Notes: generated by a model from the sequence alone, not told the origin. DNA of 64,000 nucleotides from Candidatus Bathyarchaeota archaeon (GCA_963714275.1 CAVQNT010000006.1:256001-320000), one strand, 5' to 3'. Counted from the first letter of the stretch, positions 1-11,010 are shown. Numbers and translations are program-made.

Positions 1-1049
1 TAAAAATCATGCAAAAAATGGGCTTACACGCAAGCATAGCTGGGTGGTGCAGAGCCATGAAAGAAGACATTGATGACGCCATAGAATGTGGATTTAAGGA
101 CATCGGAATTTCACATCCTGTTTCGAACATTCATTTCAAAGCCAAGTGGCCAGAAAAGACTCCTGATGAGCTTCTGAATAGGGTCGTTGAGGTCGTCGAG
201 TACGCTGCGAAGGATCATGGATTAAGGGTTTTTGTTCACGGCGAAGACAGCACAAGGGCAGATTGGAACTTTGAAAAAAGGTTCATCAACGCTGTTGCTG
301 ACGCGGGAGCGGAATGCTACAGGATATGTGACACTGTTGGCATCGGATTGTCTTCTCAAGAGGCTGCTTTGCCCATTGGGATACCAGCCAAGATTAAAGC
401 GATAAGGGCTGAAACAAGGATTAACAGTGTTGAGATTCATGCACATGACGATTTCGGGAATGCAGTTGAGAACACGTTGGCTGCTGTCAGAGCAGCTTCA
501 GGGGTTTGGCCTAAGATTTACGTCAGCACAACCTACTTAGGCATCGGTGAAAGAGCTGGGAACGCTGAGACTGAAAAGGTCATAATGAACCTTCTGATGC
601 ACCATGGCGTCAAGAAGTTTGAGGGAAAAATCAATAAACTTAAGGAAACAGCTGATCTCATAGGGAAAGCTACGGGCTACGTGGTTCCTCCGAACAAGGC
701 TATTGTGGGCGACTACGCCTTTGCCCATGAATCTGGAATTCACACGCACGGCGTTTTGAGTAATGCTTTAACTTATGAGCCTTACCCTCCTGAGCTCGTT
801 GGGAACAAGCGCCGCTTAACCATTGGCAAGCAGTCGGGTAAGACCCTGGTCAAGTATTTGATTGAGGAGACAACTGGGAAGACACCGAGCAACGAAGCGG
901 TCACAGACGTTCTTCAGAGAATTAAGGCAATGTACGTGGGCGGAAGAAAAGCGTCATTAAGGGAAGAGGAGTTTAAAAGAATTCTGAGAGAAGTCGGGTT
1001 GTTGGAGAAACCAACTAAAAACTCTCACTCGCTTAATCGGAAGCCTTAA
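1..1049 (+). CDS. Homocitrate/isopropylmalate synthase family (DRE-TIM) acyltransferase, 5' end outside window, no C-terminal regulatory domain
   Basis: Motifs HAHDDFGNAVENTLAA, GIGERAGNA, AFAHESGIH, GKQSG. Confidence 0.85.
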   Translation, partial: KIMQKMGLHASIAGWCRAMKEDIDDAIECGFKDIGISHPVSNIHFKAKWPEKTPDELLNRVVEVVEYAAKDHGLRVFVHGEDSTRADWNFEKRFINAVADAGAECYRICDTVGIGLSSQEAALPIGIPAKIKAIRAETRINSVEIHAHDDFGNAVENTLAAVRAASGVWPKIYVSTTYLGIGERAGNAETEKVIMNLLMHHGVKKFEGKINKLKETADLIGKATGYVVPPNKAIVGDYAFAHESGIHTHGVLSNALTYEPYPPELVGNKRRLTIGKQSGKTLVKYLIEETTGKTPSNEAVTDVLQRIKAMYVGGRKASLREEEFKRILREVGLLEKPTKNSHSLNRKP

Positions 1050-2016
1050 AATTCTTTAACGCAGCGACCATGTTTCTCAGCTTACTCAACGATATTCGGT
1101 AAGCTTCCTCCGTATCCATGTTATTCCGTAGTAGTTTTCTAAATCCGCAGTCTGGAGTAAAAATTAAGGCTTCTTTATGCCCATTGAACTGTTTCATAAA
1201 ATTAAGGATTTCTTTTGGGCTTTCTATTCTTGGATTTTTTGTTGACAAGCAGCCGACGGACAATACTTTTTCGTTTTCTCGAAGTTTTTCTGGCGAGTAT
1301 AATGTTATGTTTTGCGGGGTGTCGAAAAATTCGTGGCTAATGAAGTCAAGTTCGGTTCTTAACAGAATTTCTGCTAGTTGGGGGAGATTCTTCCGCAGAT
1401 GTGGGAACCCACAATCCTTTCTCCGCAAGCCTTCTTGAGACTATTGTACACGCCGATTATGTCTTCATCTCGGTATCCGAAAGTCTGTTCTGGCTCCCAC
1501 CAACACGCTCAGGATGGGTTCGTCGATAGATATCATGCTGGCGTTTTCAGAGGCTGCTTCGCAGCTTTCGGAAAGGATTCCAGCGATCTGGTTAACCAAG
1601 TTAAAATCTGAAACAGCGGTGTTGTAGGGAAACATGCCCGGTTTTGTTTCAATGAATGAAGCGAGAGTAAACGGTCCTGTTATGGGGGCTTTCAATCTGA
1701 CGTTGTTTGTTAATCCTTTTTCGTCCAGATATTTTGTTGCCCAAAAAAAGGGTTCTAAACCCAACGGAGGACCATTGTATTCGATTATTTTTCCGCTGAT
1801 TCTATAACGGTTTTTTTCCTGCTGGACTCCGCTGCCATGTTTAGTTAGGTCGTTTAGGAATTGTGGACCCATTTCTGATAGCTGGGGGTAAGATGGATAA
1901 TCTAAACCAACCGCTAGGAGGTCGTTTATGCACCTTTTTCTATTGGCTTCAGTGTCTTCGAGCGTGAAACTACCAATAGTTGACGTGAAAATTCCAGATA
2001 TTTGCAGCTCAGCCAC
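1033..2016 (-). CDS. Core (catalytic-domain-only) MetE-like methionine synthase, split by two apparent indels
   Basis: TSTIGSF, DYPSYPQL, APITGPFTLA, SIDEPILS, HIC (in the corrected frame) and TPDCGFR across ORFs 1465-2016 and 1033-1428. Confidence 0.75.
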
Positions 2017-2099
2017 CTAAACAGAAAAAATACTTGCATTAAGAAAAACTTTCCGCCTAAAGGTAAAGTTAAAAGACATCGTATTTTTTAGTTTTAACT

Positions 2100-2342
2100 C
2101 TATTTTTCCAGATTGCTTAGCAGTTCGAAGCCTTCCAAAATTATGGTGTTATGGCACTTTTTGCAGGAAATCGTTAATGTTTTCAGTGAACCATCTGTGA
2201 ATGTTTCGATGTCTATTATTTTGTAGGATTTCTCTGAGTCGTCGTCAGGCGAAATCGTGGCTCCACAGGATGGGCACGGAAACTCTCCGTCGCCTTCTAT
2301 GGAATTGAGGTTTACCTTCAAATCTGCCACTTGCCTCATCAC
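2100..2342 (-). CDS. Small zinc-ribbon protein (CPxCG type)
   Basis: CPSCG...CKKC, 80 aa. Confidence 0.7.
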   Translation of the reverse strand: MMRQVADLKVNLNSIEGDGEFPCPSCGATISPDDDSEKSYKIIDIETFTDGSLKTLTISCKKCHNTIILEGFELLSNLEK

Positions 2343-2520
2343 TGTTCCATCCGTTTATGGTTTTATTTAAAGTGGTGATTTAAATTGCTTTTTAAAGATA
2401 ATGAATCATAAGTCCATATCCACAAAAAATGTTATAAATGAATGGAATAAGCCAAGCTCATCACTGCTTCCCTAATTTGCGTTTCAATTATATACATGAT
2501 TTTAAAACGTTTCAGTCTGG

Positions 2521-2740
2521 TCTGTTTTGTTCATCATCTGATTTTGCTGTTTGAACAACAAATCGTATTGCCTAAGACCTGTCTGAAGTGTGTAACACCC
2601 GACTTTCAATTTTGTATAACAAATCGTTTTCCGAGAAGACCTATCTGTTTTGTGTGACAATGCTAGAGTTTATGAAAATTAAACTATTTTGTGGCACATT
2701 TGTTCTGTTATTTTAGAATGATTGGTCATTGTTTTTTGTT
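2521..2740. repeat. Dispersed non-coding repeat, copy A (internal ~61-bp tandem unit)
   Basis: Ungapped match to 28016-28115, 77/100 identical by manual count; similarity continues downstream. Confidence 0.8.
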
Positions 2741-2773
2741 GGTTTCTAGTTTAATTAGAAAAAGGTTTCGTAA

Positions 2774-3698
2774 TTAGAATTGCTGAATACATGAATTAAG
2801 CTTTGATGCTGAATCGGTCTTTTTTGACATGTCGACTATGAGATAAGCACCCCTGCTATTGTTGTATGGCGGTCCCTTTCTCGAAAAAATTGTTAAAATT
2901 TTGCTATTATGGTTGAACTTGTAGCCTTCGTCAACTGGTTCATGACCCCTAACTAAAAATTCTGCTTTAACCATTTTGAGGAAAGCGTCTGTCACGTCTT
3001 CGCCGAAAAGGCGTCCTGCGCCGCGGGGCGAAAAAAGTGTTCCTATGATACCTTCAGTCTGGGTCGCTCCACAATATTTCTTCCAAGTGGGTTTCAGCTG
3101 GATGCTTCTGATACGCGTAAGCAACGTCGTCAAGCGTTTTTGCCTTACTTGGGACTCCACCGTGCAACATTACGAAATTGTCCTCTACGAGAACCGCTGT
3201 GTAGAAACGTCTAAAAAGCGCACTGAGCTCCGTGTAAACCACTTGCCAATCAGAACCAAATTTCCTCTGCAAATGAAAAGGCAAATCGTGAGGGTCAGCC
3301 AAAAGGTCTTGTGGTCCTTCATGATTTCCCTGAAGCAAAATAACGTTTTCTGGGAACATCATTTTCAGACTCAAGACGACATAGTAGACTTCAGGCGAAA
3401 AGGGTCCTCGGTCACCATAATCTCCAAGAAAAACGAGGTATACTTGCATTCCGCTTTTGGATTTTTCATGAAAATTCGTTTTGTTTAAAATCTCATTGAG
3501 GCTGTTTATGTCGCCATGTAGGTCTCCAATGACGATTGCTTCCCCTTCTGGAGAAAGATGTATGAGCCTTCCCGTAATTCGCATCCTAGCATTACTTTTT
3601 TCTACAGAGAGTATCTGGACAACTTGGTTAACTGCTTTCATGAAAGATTTGCTGTCAACATTGGATGCTTCGTTGAATAGACCTGTAAGAGTTCCCAT
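2774..3698 (-). CDS. PPP-family Ser/Thr protein phosphatase (one apparent indel near 3058)
   Basis: GDLHG, GDYGDRG, GNHE, HGG, LWSDP, then RGAG, RGHE, TIFS in the next frame. Confidence 0.9.
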
Positions 3699-3775
3699 CT
3701 GAACCTTCAATTCAAAAATCGGAGAAGCATATATTAAAGTTTATGAGGTATCAATAAATTTCAGAATGTAAACAA

Positions 3776-4842
3776 ATGGTGAAGGAATTGCCTCAAATAC
3801 TGAAGGCGAGTTTCGAAGAAACTCTTGAAAAACATGTATTGCCTTCATTATGCATAGGGTGTGCCACTTGTGTCGCAGTGTGCCCCTTTAACTGCCTAGA
3901 GTATGTAAATGAAAAACCTATTTTGGTAAGAGAATGCAGGTCATGCGGCATTTGTGCACAAGTTTGTCCCCGATATCATTTGTCTGTTCCCGAGTTAGAA
4001 CGTTTCGTGTTTGGCAGGGAAAGAAGGGACGATGAGGAATTCGGCATCTTTCGCCGTGCGGTTATTGCACAAACCGCTGACCAAAAAATAAAAAAAGTTT
4101 GCCAGGACGGCGGGGTCGTCACAACGCTTTTGGTATACGCCTTAAATGAGGGACTCATTGATGGCGCGGTTCTTTCAGGCGTAAGCGAGACTGAGCCGTT
4201 GAAGGCGGCTCCGAAACTAGCCACTACCATGAAAGAAATTGTGGATTGTGCTGGAACAAGGTACACTTATTCACCGAGTATGCTTGCTTTAAAAGAAGGC
4301 ATACTACAAAAAAAGAAAAGCCTGGCGTTCGTTGGAACACCTGACCAGATACAAGCGTTTAGGAGGATTCAAGCCCTTCCCTTAAAGAAATACTCCGAAG
4401 CCGTTGCCTTCACGGTTGGCGTCTTCTGCAGCGAATGCTTCACCTATGAAGGACTGGTTAATCAGTTGATGCGAAAAGAGCTGGGAATCGATGCAGCAGA
4501 AGTGGAAAAAATCAACATCAAGGGCAAACTTCTCGTCACAACCAAGTCAGGCAAGGTTAAGGAAATCCGCCTAAAAGAAGCAAAAAAACACGTCAGAAAC
4601 TGCATTACACAATGCTCAGACTTTTCCGCCGAATTGGCTGACATATCAGTGGGAGGATTAGGATTGGAAGGCTGGACCTTCACCATTCTGAGGACAGAGA
4701 AAGGCTTAGACCTCTTTCAGGAAGTCTGAAACCAAAGGCTTAATCCGAACAAGAAAAGTCTGAGGAAGAAAACCAAGTTCTGGACCTATTGGTCAAGTTA
4801 TCAAAGAAAAAACGTGAAAATGCTGTAAATGTAAACCTGTGA
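3776..4842 (+). CDS. Coenzyme F420 hydrogenase/dehydrogenase beta-subunit family protein with N-terminal 2x[4Fe-4S] domain
   Basis: CIGCATCVAVCP, CRSCGICAQVCP, QDGGVVT, AGTRY, DFSAELADISVG; C-terminus extended to 4842 after two apparent indels. Confidence 0.85.
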
Positions 4843-4959
4843 ATAAGCTTCTGAATTTGATAAAATTCTACATTCATACAACCCATTTTTGGGTAGTAAC
4901 TCTTATTTAGGAAGAACCGTTTGAAGAAAGCACAAAAATGCTTCACGTTGGAATTCAAG

Positions 4960-5532
4960 TTGAACACAAAAAAATTGGCGGCCACAGCCGTCTTCGCCGC
5001 ACTTACGGTGGCACTTAATCTGAGCCCAATAAAGTTTCCCGCGCCTTACCTTCCGTTCCTGTATTACCAAGTGTGGGAGATTCCGATAGTGGTAGCATTT
5101 CTTTTGTTCGGACCGATAACTGGATTTTCAGTGTTAATCATAAACACCGCAGCCTTGTTTGCTCTTTTTCCCGGAGCCCTGCCGACAGGCCCGATTTACA
5201 ATTTGATAGCGGTCTTGAGCATGCTGACTGGAATCTACTGCGCACAGTGGCTGACAAAAAGCTTAGACAAGAAGCAAAAAGAGGTTTTTCTGATAGTCAC
5301 GGTTACTTTTTTAGGGGTCGTATTAAGAGTTGTTGTAATGTCTTTCGTTAATTGGGAACTAATCAAGTATCCTCCACCAGTCGGTTTCAGCATGCCAGAA
5401 GAAGTCGTGGTCGCCATTCTGCCCTTCGTGGCTTTCTTCAATGCCACCCTCGCAGCTTACACGGTTCCAGCAGGATACTTTTTAGCCAAAACCATAAGTC
5501 ACGGAATAAAAACACCCTTATGGTCGCCATAA
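4960..5532 (+). CDS. ECF transporter S component
   Basis: Hydrophobic helices, PAPYLPFLYYQVWEIP, FN near C-terminus. Confidence 0.75.
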   Translation: MNTKKLAATAVFAALTVALNLSPIKFPAPYLPFLYYQVWEIPIVVAFLLFGPITGFSVLIINTAALFALFPGALPTGPIYNLIAVLSMLTGIYCAQWLTKSLDKKQKEVFLIVTVTFLGVVLRVVVMSFVNWELIKYPPPVGFSMPEEVVVAILPFVAFFNATLAAYTVPAGYFLAKTISHGIKTPLWSP

Positions 5533-5562
5533 CCAGAAAAGCTTATGGATCTCGGTTCTTTT

Positions 5563-6522
5563 CTAACGATCCAATGTCTGCATTAAAACATCAATATTGA
5601 TTTTTCCAGCAGAAAACGTTCTGCCAGACTTCATGTTTTTTATTGTCATTGCAGCTGAAGCGAAAAGACCAAAATCAATCTTGTAAAAGTCAAATTCCGC
5701 CCTTCTAAGAACCTCCGCAAAGGGTTGCCCATACTGTTTGGAAGATGAAGAAACCGATTTCTCCGCTAGCTGCCTAAGTTCATCGTCATCGTCGTAATTC
5801 ACCACAACGTGAACCTCCCCACCGTAAAGTATGGCATCATTCGACCTTCCCATCGCCTCAACAGGATCTTGATGAACAGGAAGGATTGGCGCAGACCCCC
5901 ATGCGCGTGTGATGAGTTTTGGGTCGAACCCCAGGTTCATGAGCTTGTAAATTCCCATCTCAACAACTCTCCCCGAAACTTGGGTAAATCCAGAGATGGA
6001 CGTGATAGGCACCAGAATAATGTAGAGCCTATCCGTTGCGACACGGCAGGACTCAGCGACGCTGGAAACGACGTCTCTCGGCGGCTCTTTGTCAGTCTCA
6101 AGAACCAGCACCGTTTCATCGTAATCGTCCTTATAGGCGATTTTTTCGAAAACCGACTTCGGCTTCAAAACCAAAGCACGGGCAGGACCAGAACCCAACG
6201 CTTGAAAGCTGCCTGACTTGATCTGCCATCCCGCCAGTTGCGACCCAAGGGTTGAGATTGCTGGATAATCAGTTGAAACCGAGATTGAGGGAACACTCTG
6301 GTTTCCAAGCTGTATTGAAGAGATGGTTGCCTTGCCGAGTCCTCCGAGGCAGATTTCGGTTATGGCTTTGCCAGCTTCGATGCTTCCTTTGGCTTCTATC
6401 CCAGCGTCTATAATGGTTGCTCCCAAGTCGCTCTTCGTAACTTTGACTCCGTAATAGCCCGCCTTGCTGCATAGGTTCTTGACTAGTTCCATTGCCTTTT
6501 GGTTCACACTTACCCTTGGCAT
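5563..6522 (-). CDS. mch: Methenyltetrahydromethanopterin cyclohydrolase
   Basis: ICLGGLG, LGSQLAGW, GSGPARAL, QVSGRVVE, MGRSNDAILYGG, FDFYKID. Confidence 0.95.
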   Translation of the reverse strand: MPRVSVNQKAMELVKNLCSKAGYYGVKVTKSDLGATIIDAGIEAKGSIEAGKAITEICLGGLGKATISSIQLGNQSVPSISVSTDYPAISTLGSQLAGWQIKSGSFQALGSGPARALVLKPKSVFEKIAYKDDYDETVLVLETDKEPPRDVVSSVAESCRVATDRLYIILVPITSISGFTQVSGRVVEMGIYKLMNLGFDPKLITRAWGSAPILPVHQDPVEAMGRSNDAILYGGEVHVVVNYDDDDELRQLAEKSVSSSSKQYGQPFAEVLRRAEFDFYKIDFGLFASAAMTIKNMKSGRTFSAGKINIDVLMQTLDR

Positions 6523-6547
6523 CTCATTTTCTCCTATCGTGCTTGGT

Positions 6548-7369
6548 TTACAGGAATTTTTCGTAGAAAGCGAGGTGCGGATTCTTGTTCTTTGCGACGA
6601 AAAGTTTGCCTTTGCCCTCGTCCACGATGTCGCCTACGAAACGGTAGAATGGACCTGCGATTTTCCCTTCATCAATTTTCACGTCAGGTCTAACGCCGTC
6701 TATCGTGAACGTTGGAAGAACCGAAGGCAAGTGCCCGCAAATTATTATTCTGCCGTCAAGCATTTCCGCGCCGGGTCTTCCTTTGCAGTCTCCTCCCACA
6801 ATTATGGTTCCGTCCCTCATGTGAACGCCCACGAATTCGCCGATGTTGCCTTCTACTTTAATTAGACCGCCCTTCATGTAACATCCAACCTCGTTTCCCG
6901 CGTCCCCATGCATAAGAATTGTTCCGCTCGTCATGCCTTCGGTGGTTCCGCGGTACGATGCGCCAACGTAGTCTCCCGCTGTCCCTGTAGCCTCGATTTT
7001 TCCGCCCTTCATCGTGCAGCCGACCCAAGAGTCAACATTGCCTTTCACAAAGATTTCGCCGCCCTTCATGCCCTCGCCTAGGCGCATTCCTACGTCGCCT
7101 TCTATGAGGATTGTGCCAGAAGTCATCATGTATCCTATCATTCGGACCTTGCGTAGGTCGCCGACAAGCTGAATAACGACTTTTTCAGCGGAGTCCGCAG
7201 CTTCTTCGTTAACGTTGAAGACTTCACTAAGATTCTTTTGCTTGTTGCCTTCCCAAACCTTTAACCCACTAATTTCGTCATGTGTTTTTCCCGCAAAGCT
7301 GTCTGGCGAAATGCCCTCGGCGTAGACGGGTACTTTAAAAACGTGTTTGGGATGCAAAATTATGGTGAT
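6548..7369 (-). CDS. fwdC: Formylmethanofuran dehydrogenase subunit C
   Basis: GxxMxGG beta-helix repeats, GASYRG, VLPTF; start uncertain (TTG 7357 or ATC 7369). Confidence 0.93.
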   Translation of the reverse strand: MTIILHPKHVFKVPVYAEGISPDSFAGKTHDEISGLKVWEGNKQKNLSEVFNVNEEAADSAEKVVIQLVGDLRKVRMIGYMMTSGTILIEGDVGMRLGEGMKGGEIFVKGNVDSWVGCTMKGGKIEATGTAGDYVGASYRGTTEGMTSGTILMHGDAGNEVGCYMKGGLIKVEGNIGEFVGVHMRDGTIIVGGDCKGRPGAEMLDGRIIICGHLPSVLPTFTIDGVRPDVKIDEGKIAGPFYRFVGDIVDEGKGKLFVAKNKNPHLAFYEKFL

Positions 7370-9084
7370 TTCGTCTGCACCTCCGGCTTAACCTGTATCG
7401 GCGCTGAAGATTTCAGGTAATTTTCGGGAATGACGTAATTTTCCATTTCCACCGTCCAGTATTCGCGGAACCGTTTTTTCAGGTCTCGAAGAACCTCCGG
7501 GCAAAAAGCGTCTTTGGCACATGAGGAAACTCCTGTGTCAGCCCACATAGTCTTTCCCATCACTGATTTCGTTATGACGCCATTTTTTGCCACAACTTCG
7601 CCACCCTTTATTGTGTAAGCAGTTTTCTCGAAGGCACCGCGGACAGTCCAATAATCTCTCGAACAATCAGTCATCTTCGGATTAAGGTCGTACACTGCGA
7701 TGTCGGCATCAGCATCTAAACCCAGATGCCCCTTGTTCTTCATACCTAAAGCCTTCGCTTGACCTGCACGAGTCACCACCGCAACGTCATAGAGGTCGTA
7801 TTCTCTGTCGATGCCTTGAAGCAAGGAGCGTTTCCTAGCTTTTTTGTTTATTTTTCCTAGCATTTTTTCTCTCGCCCTGCTGCTCATGAGCCAAGAAACG
7901 ATTTTCGGGTATGTTGTGAAGGGCGCAGCGTTGGGGTGGTCGGTTGTCAAGTACACCCTCCAGGGGTCTTCCACGAGCAAGGCGAGCTCAAGCCCAATCG
8001 TCCACATGGTTGCGTGCACGAAGTTTCTTCGTCTGTAAGTGAAGGGGACAATGCCAGCTGCAGTTTCAGTCTCAACGTCGTGGTTGACCCACTTGTTTCC
8101 GCTGAGCTCATGCAAGGTGTATTGCCATGGTCCATCAGCCGTCATCGTGGTCGTGTCCGTGAAGACAACCTGCCCCATGTCTATGGTCACGTGGCTGTGG
8201 CTGTTTACGTATTTGGCTATCTCTTCCGCGCCTGACCTCAGGGTTCCCCAGCTGTCGCCCTTAAACGCGCTGAACTGGCAGTGAGTTATGTGAATCACGG
8301 GTTGATTATCGGTTGCGAGGTCCTCAACGCACTTCATTGTTTCTATTGCTGTGAGGTAGTTGCCAGGTTGCCCCAGCCTGTTAGTGTGAACGTGGATTGT
8401 GTGAGGCAAATTCAGAATCTGGTTCACCTTGCACAGTCCGCGGATGATGTCTCTCGGGGTTATACCGAAATTGGGAACGGGGTCATCGAGGTCTTTAACG
8501 TTTCTGCCGAACCCCCATGATTCGACGCCGCCGGGATTCACGATTTTTATGGCATAACCTTTCGTTGCAGCGATCAGCCAAGCCACATAGGAAGCGCATT
8601 CTTTGATTTGATCCTTGTGTAGGAGTTCGAGGACGAACCACCAATCACCCAGCAGCAGAAAAGTGGTCTTGTCAACCATCGGGGTGTCGTCAAGCTCTTC
8701 ATGAGTGTGTCGGGCTTCAAGTGGAGGCATAGACGGGTTGCAGATGGTCGTGTACCCCATGCGTGAGTACCTGTAGCCCGTTGTAAAAGTGGAGGGAACA
8801 GAATGCCCCACTCCTGATCTGGTCGTAGCTGTTTTGGTTTCAGTATCGCTGTAGTGGTCTTCGGGTCTTAGGAGCCTTCCAGCGTTAACTTCTGAGCCTG
8901 CTATGTGGGTGTGGATGTCGACGCCGCCCGGCATCACAACCATGTCAGAAGCGTCGATCACCTCTGCTTTTTCTTCGTTCACTTTTTCGACGATCTTGCC
9001 GTTTTCGATGGCAACGTCCATTCTGTCGCCTTTCACACCGTTCAGGGGATCATAGACGAACCCATTCTTGATCAGCAAGACCAT
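7360..9084 (-). CDS. fwdA: Formylmethanofuran dehydrogenase subunit A
   Basis: PGGVDIHTHIAG, KIVNPGG, TTTMTADGP, TTDHPN, GHLGLDADADIA. Confidence 0.96.
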   Translation of the reverse strand: MVLLIKNGFVYDPLNGVKGDRMDVAIENGKIVEKVNEEKAEVIDASDMVVMPGGVDIHTHIAGSEVNAGRLLRPEDHYSDTETKTATTRSGVGHSVPSTFTTGYRYSRMGYTTICNPSMPPLEARHTHEELDDTPMVDKTTFLLLGDWWFVLELLHKDQIKECASYVAWLIAATKGYAIKIVNPGGVESWGFGRNVKDLDDPVPNFGITPRDIIRGLCKVNQILNLPHTIHVHTNRLGQPGNYLTAIETMKCVEDLATDNQPVIHITHCQFSAFKGDSWGTLRSGAEEIAKYVNSHSHVTIDMGQVVFTDTTTMTADGPWQYTLHELSGNKWVNHDVETETAAGIVPFTYRRRNFVHATMWTIGLELALLVEDPWRVYLTTDHPNAAPFTTYPKIVSWLMSSRAREKMLGKINKKARKRSLLQGIDREYDLYDVAVVTRAGQAKALGMKNKGHLGLDADADIAVYDLNPKMTDCSRDYWTVRGAFEKTAYTIKGGEVVAKNGVITKSVMGKTMWADTGVSSCAKDAFCPEVLRDLKKRFREYWTVEMENYVIPENYLKSSAPIQVKPEVQTKSP

Positions 9085-9289
9085 AAACAGCCTTCTCCGA
9101 CATGGGTTGGGCAATCTAGTTTGTGAAATCTTTACTTTTTCCTCTAAGACAATATTGCTTAGTCAACCCAGAATTTACGGGTTGGGTTTATTTATCCATT
9201 ATCTACAGGTTGTGACGAGAAAACAAAAATGCCCATTCATAGAATTAGACAAATAAAGATTGGGAAAAATAAAAGAATCACCGTGCTTT

Positions 9290-9862
9290 TTAACGAGCGT
9301 GTATGGCTATTCTTTCCATCTCGTTCCGTTTTTGCACTGCGTAACTTTTGGTGTCTCTGTTGGCTGCAGCAACTATCTCGTCAGAAAGACATTCCTCGAA
9401 AGGTTTCGGGTTGCCAAACGCTGCTTTTCTGGCGCCTTCTGTGATTAAACGTAGGGCTATGTCAACCCTTCTTTGAGGCGAAATGTCAACAGCCTGCTGA
9501 TACGCGATTCCGCCGTAGCTAATCCTCGTCGTGTCTTCGCATGGTGCAGAATTCTCAACGGCATTAACAAGAATCTGAACTGGGTTCTGTTCTGTCTGCA
9601 GGTGGATGATTTCGAACGCGTTTTTCACGTTGTTGATTGCTCTGACTTTTTTTCCAGCGTTTTGGCCTGGTCTCATCATGTTGTTTATGAGCCTTTCAAC
9701 GATGTTTACTCTTGACTTGTGGAACTTTCGATGCTCGTGTCTTCCCATCGAGTGCGGAATAGTGACTGGATCAACCGACACGTACCTTTGGAGCCCCAAG
9801 TCTTTAACTTCGACTGCGAAGCTCCACTTACCGAACAGTTGAGGCGCCTCTTGCTTACTCAC
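9290..9862 (-). CDS. rps7: 30S ribosomal protein S7 (uS7)
   Basis: [32 protein letters not shown]. Confidence 0.95.
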   Translation of the reverse strand: MSKQEAPQLFGKWSFAVEVKDLGLQRYVSVDPVTIPHSMGRHEHRKFHKSRVNIVERLINNMMRPGQNAGKKVRAINNVKNAFEIIHLQTEQNPVQILVNAVENSAPCEDTTRISYGGIAYQQAVDISPQRRVDIALRLITEGARKAAFGNPKPFEECLSDEIVAAANRDTKSYAVQKRNEMERIAIHAR

Positions 9863-9940
9863 ATGCTTCACCCTGAACGTAACAGACTAAACTTGAAACC
9901 CCGCAGAATTATATAAGTATTATGAAAAACTTTGGCTTAA

Positions 9941-10878
9941 TTAAGCAACGACCTTTGCGAGTAAAGCCTTAGCTGTGTGTAGTCGGTTTTCAGCTTGGTC
10001 CCAGACTACTGAATAAGAACCGTCCATGACTTCGTCTGTGACTTCTTCGTTGCGGTGTGCTGGCAGGCAATGCATGAACAAAGCGTCTTTTGAGGCATGT
10101 TTGAAAAGGTCTGAGGTCACTTTGTATTTTGGAAGGAACGTTTTTAGTCTTGTTTCGCGTTCAGCTTCGTCGCCCATTGAAACAAAGGTGTCCGTGTAAA
10201 TAACATCCGCATTCTTAACGAGCTTCTGATGGTTCACGGAGTATTTCGACTTTTGAGATGCTGTCTTGTGCGTTTGTTTTAGCCATAATTTGCACACTAT
10301 TATAAGGTTCGTAGCCTTGTGGGCATGCGACCGAAACGTTGACGCCTAGTTTGGAGCATCCGATAAGCAGAGAGTTGCACACGTTGTTTCCATCTCCTAC
10401 ATAGGCAACCTTTAAACCTTCCAAGGATCCAAATTTCTCCCAGACGGTGTAAAGGTCTGCGACAGACTTGGCATGGATGATGCAAATCTGACAGGGCATT
10501 GATTACCGGGATGTCTGCGTACTCAGCTATCTCCTCGAGGTCTTCATGATTATTGACCCTAGCCACCACGCAATCCACATATCGGCTTAAGACACGGGCA
10601 GTGTCCGCGGTTGACTCTCCTCGTCCCAGCTGTGACTCAGCCCACCCAAGGTAAATGGAGTGTCCGCCGAGCTGGTGGATTGCGACCTCAAAAGAGATTC
10701 GTGTACGGGTTGAAGGTTTCTGGAAAAGAAGTGCGATTGATTTGCCTTCGAGATTGTTTGCTTCTTTACCTTTAATGGTTTTCTCCTTAAATTTTTTCGT
10801 AGACTTCAATAGTTGCCATATTTCGTCTTTAGTGAACTCCTGTAACGTGAGGAAATTTTGTTTCTTCATTTTCGTCAT
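9941..10878 (-). CDS. argF: Ornithine carbamoyltransferase (two apparent indels)
   Basis: PSTRTR, HPCQ, GDGNNV, SMG, HCLPA, QAENR across three frames. Confidence 0.93.
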
Positions 10879-10933
10879 TACCTTCTTTTTTTGTGGTTTT
10901 GATATGCTCATTGAGAATCAAATGCTTTACTTA

Positions 10934-10989
10934 TATATTTTTTGGTCAAAATACACCAAAAAATATACATCATGACCATTTTTGGTCAT
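10934..10989. promoter_or_regulatory. Two inverted repeats over the argF promoter region
   Basis: TATATTTTTTGGT-N8-ACCAAAAAATATA (10934-10967) and ATGACCA-N4-TGGTCAT (10972-10989). Confidence 0.55.
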
Positions 10990-11010
10990 TATTTTTTAAT
11001 ATACCGAATT

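Noticed and set aside
2521-2740. CRISPR array
   Set aside because: Units are degenerate ~61-mers without identical repeats separated by unique spacers, and no cas genes are present.
4727-4763. TGA codons in the FrhB-like gene as selenocysteine
   Set aside because: Homology continues in a shifted frame, not through the TGA; both TGAs arise from AGCT-to-AGTCT insertions.
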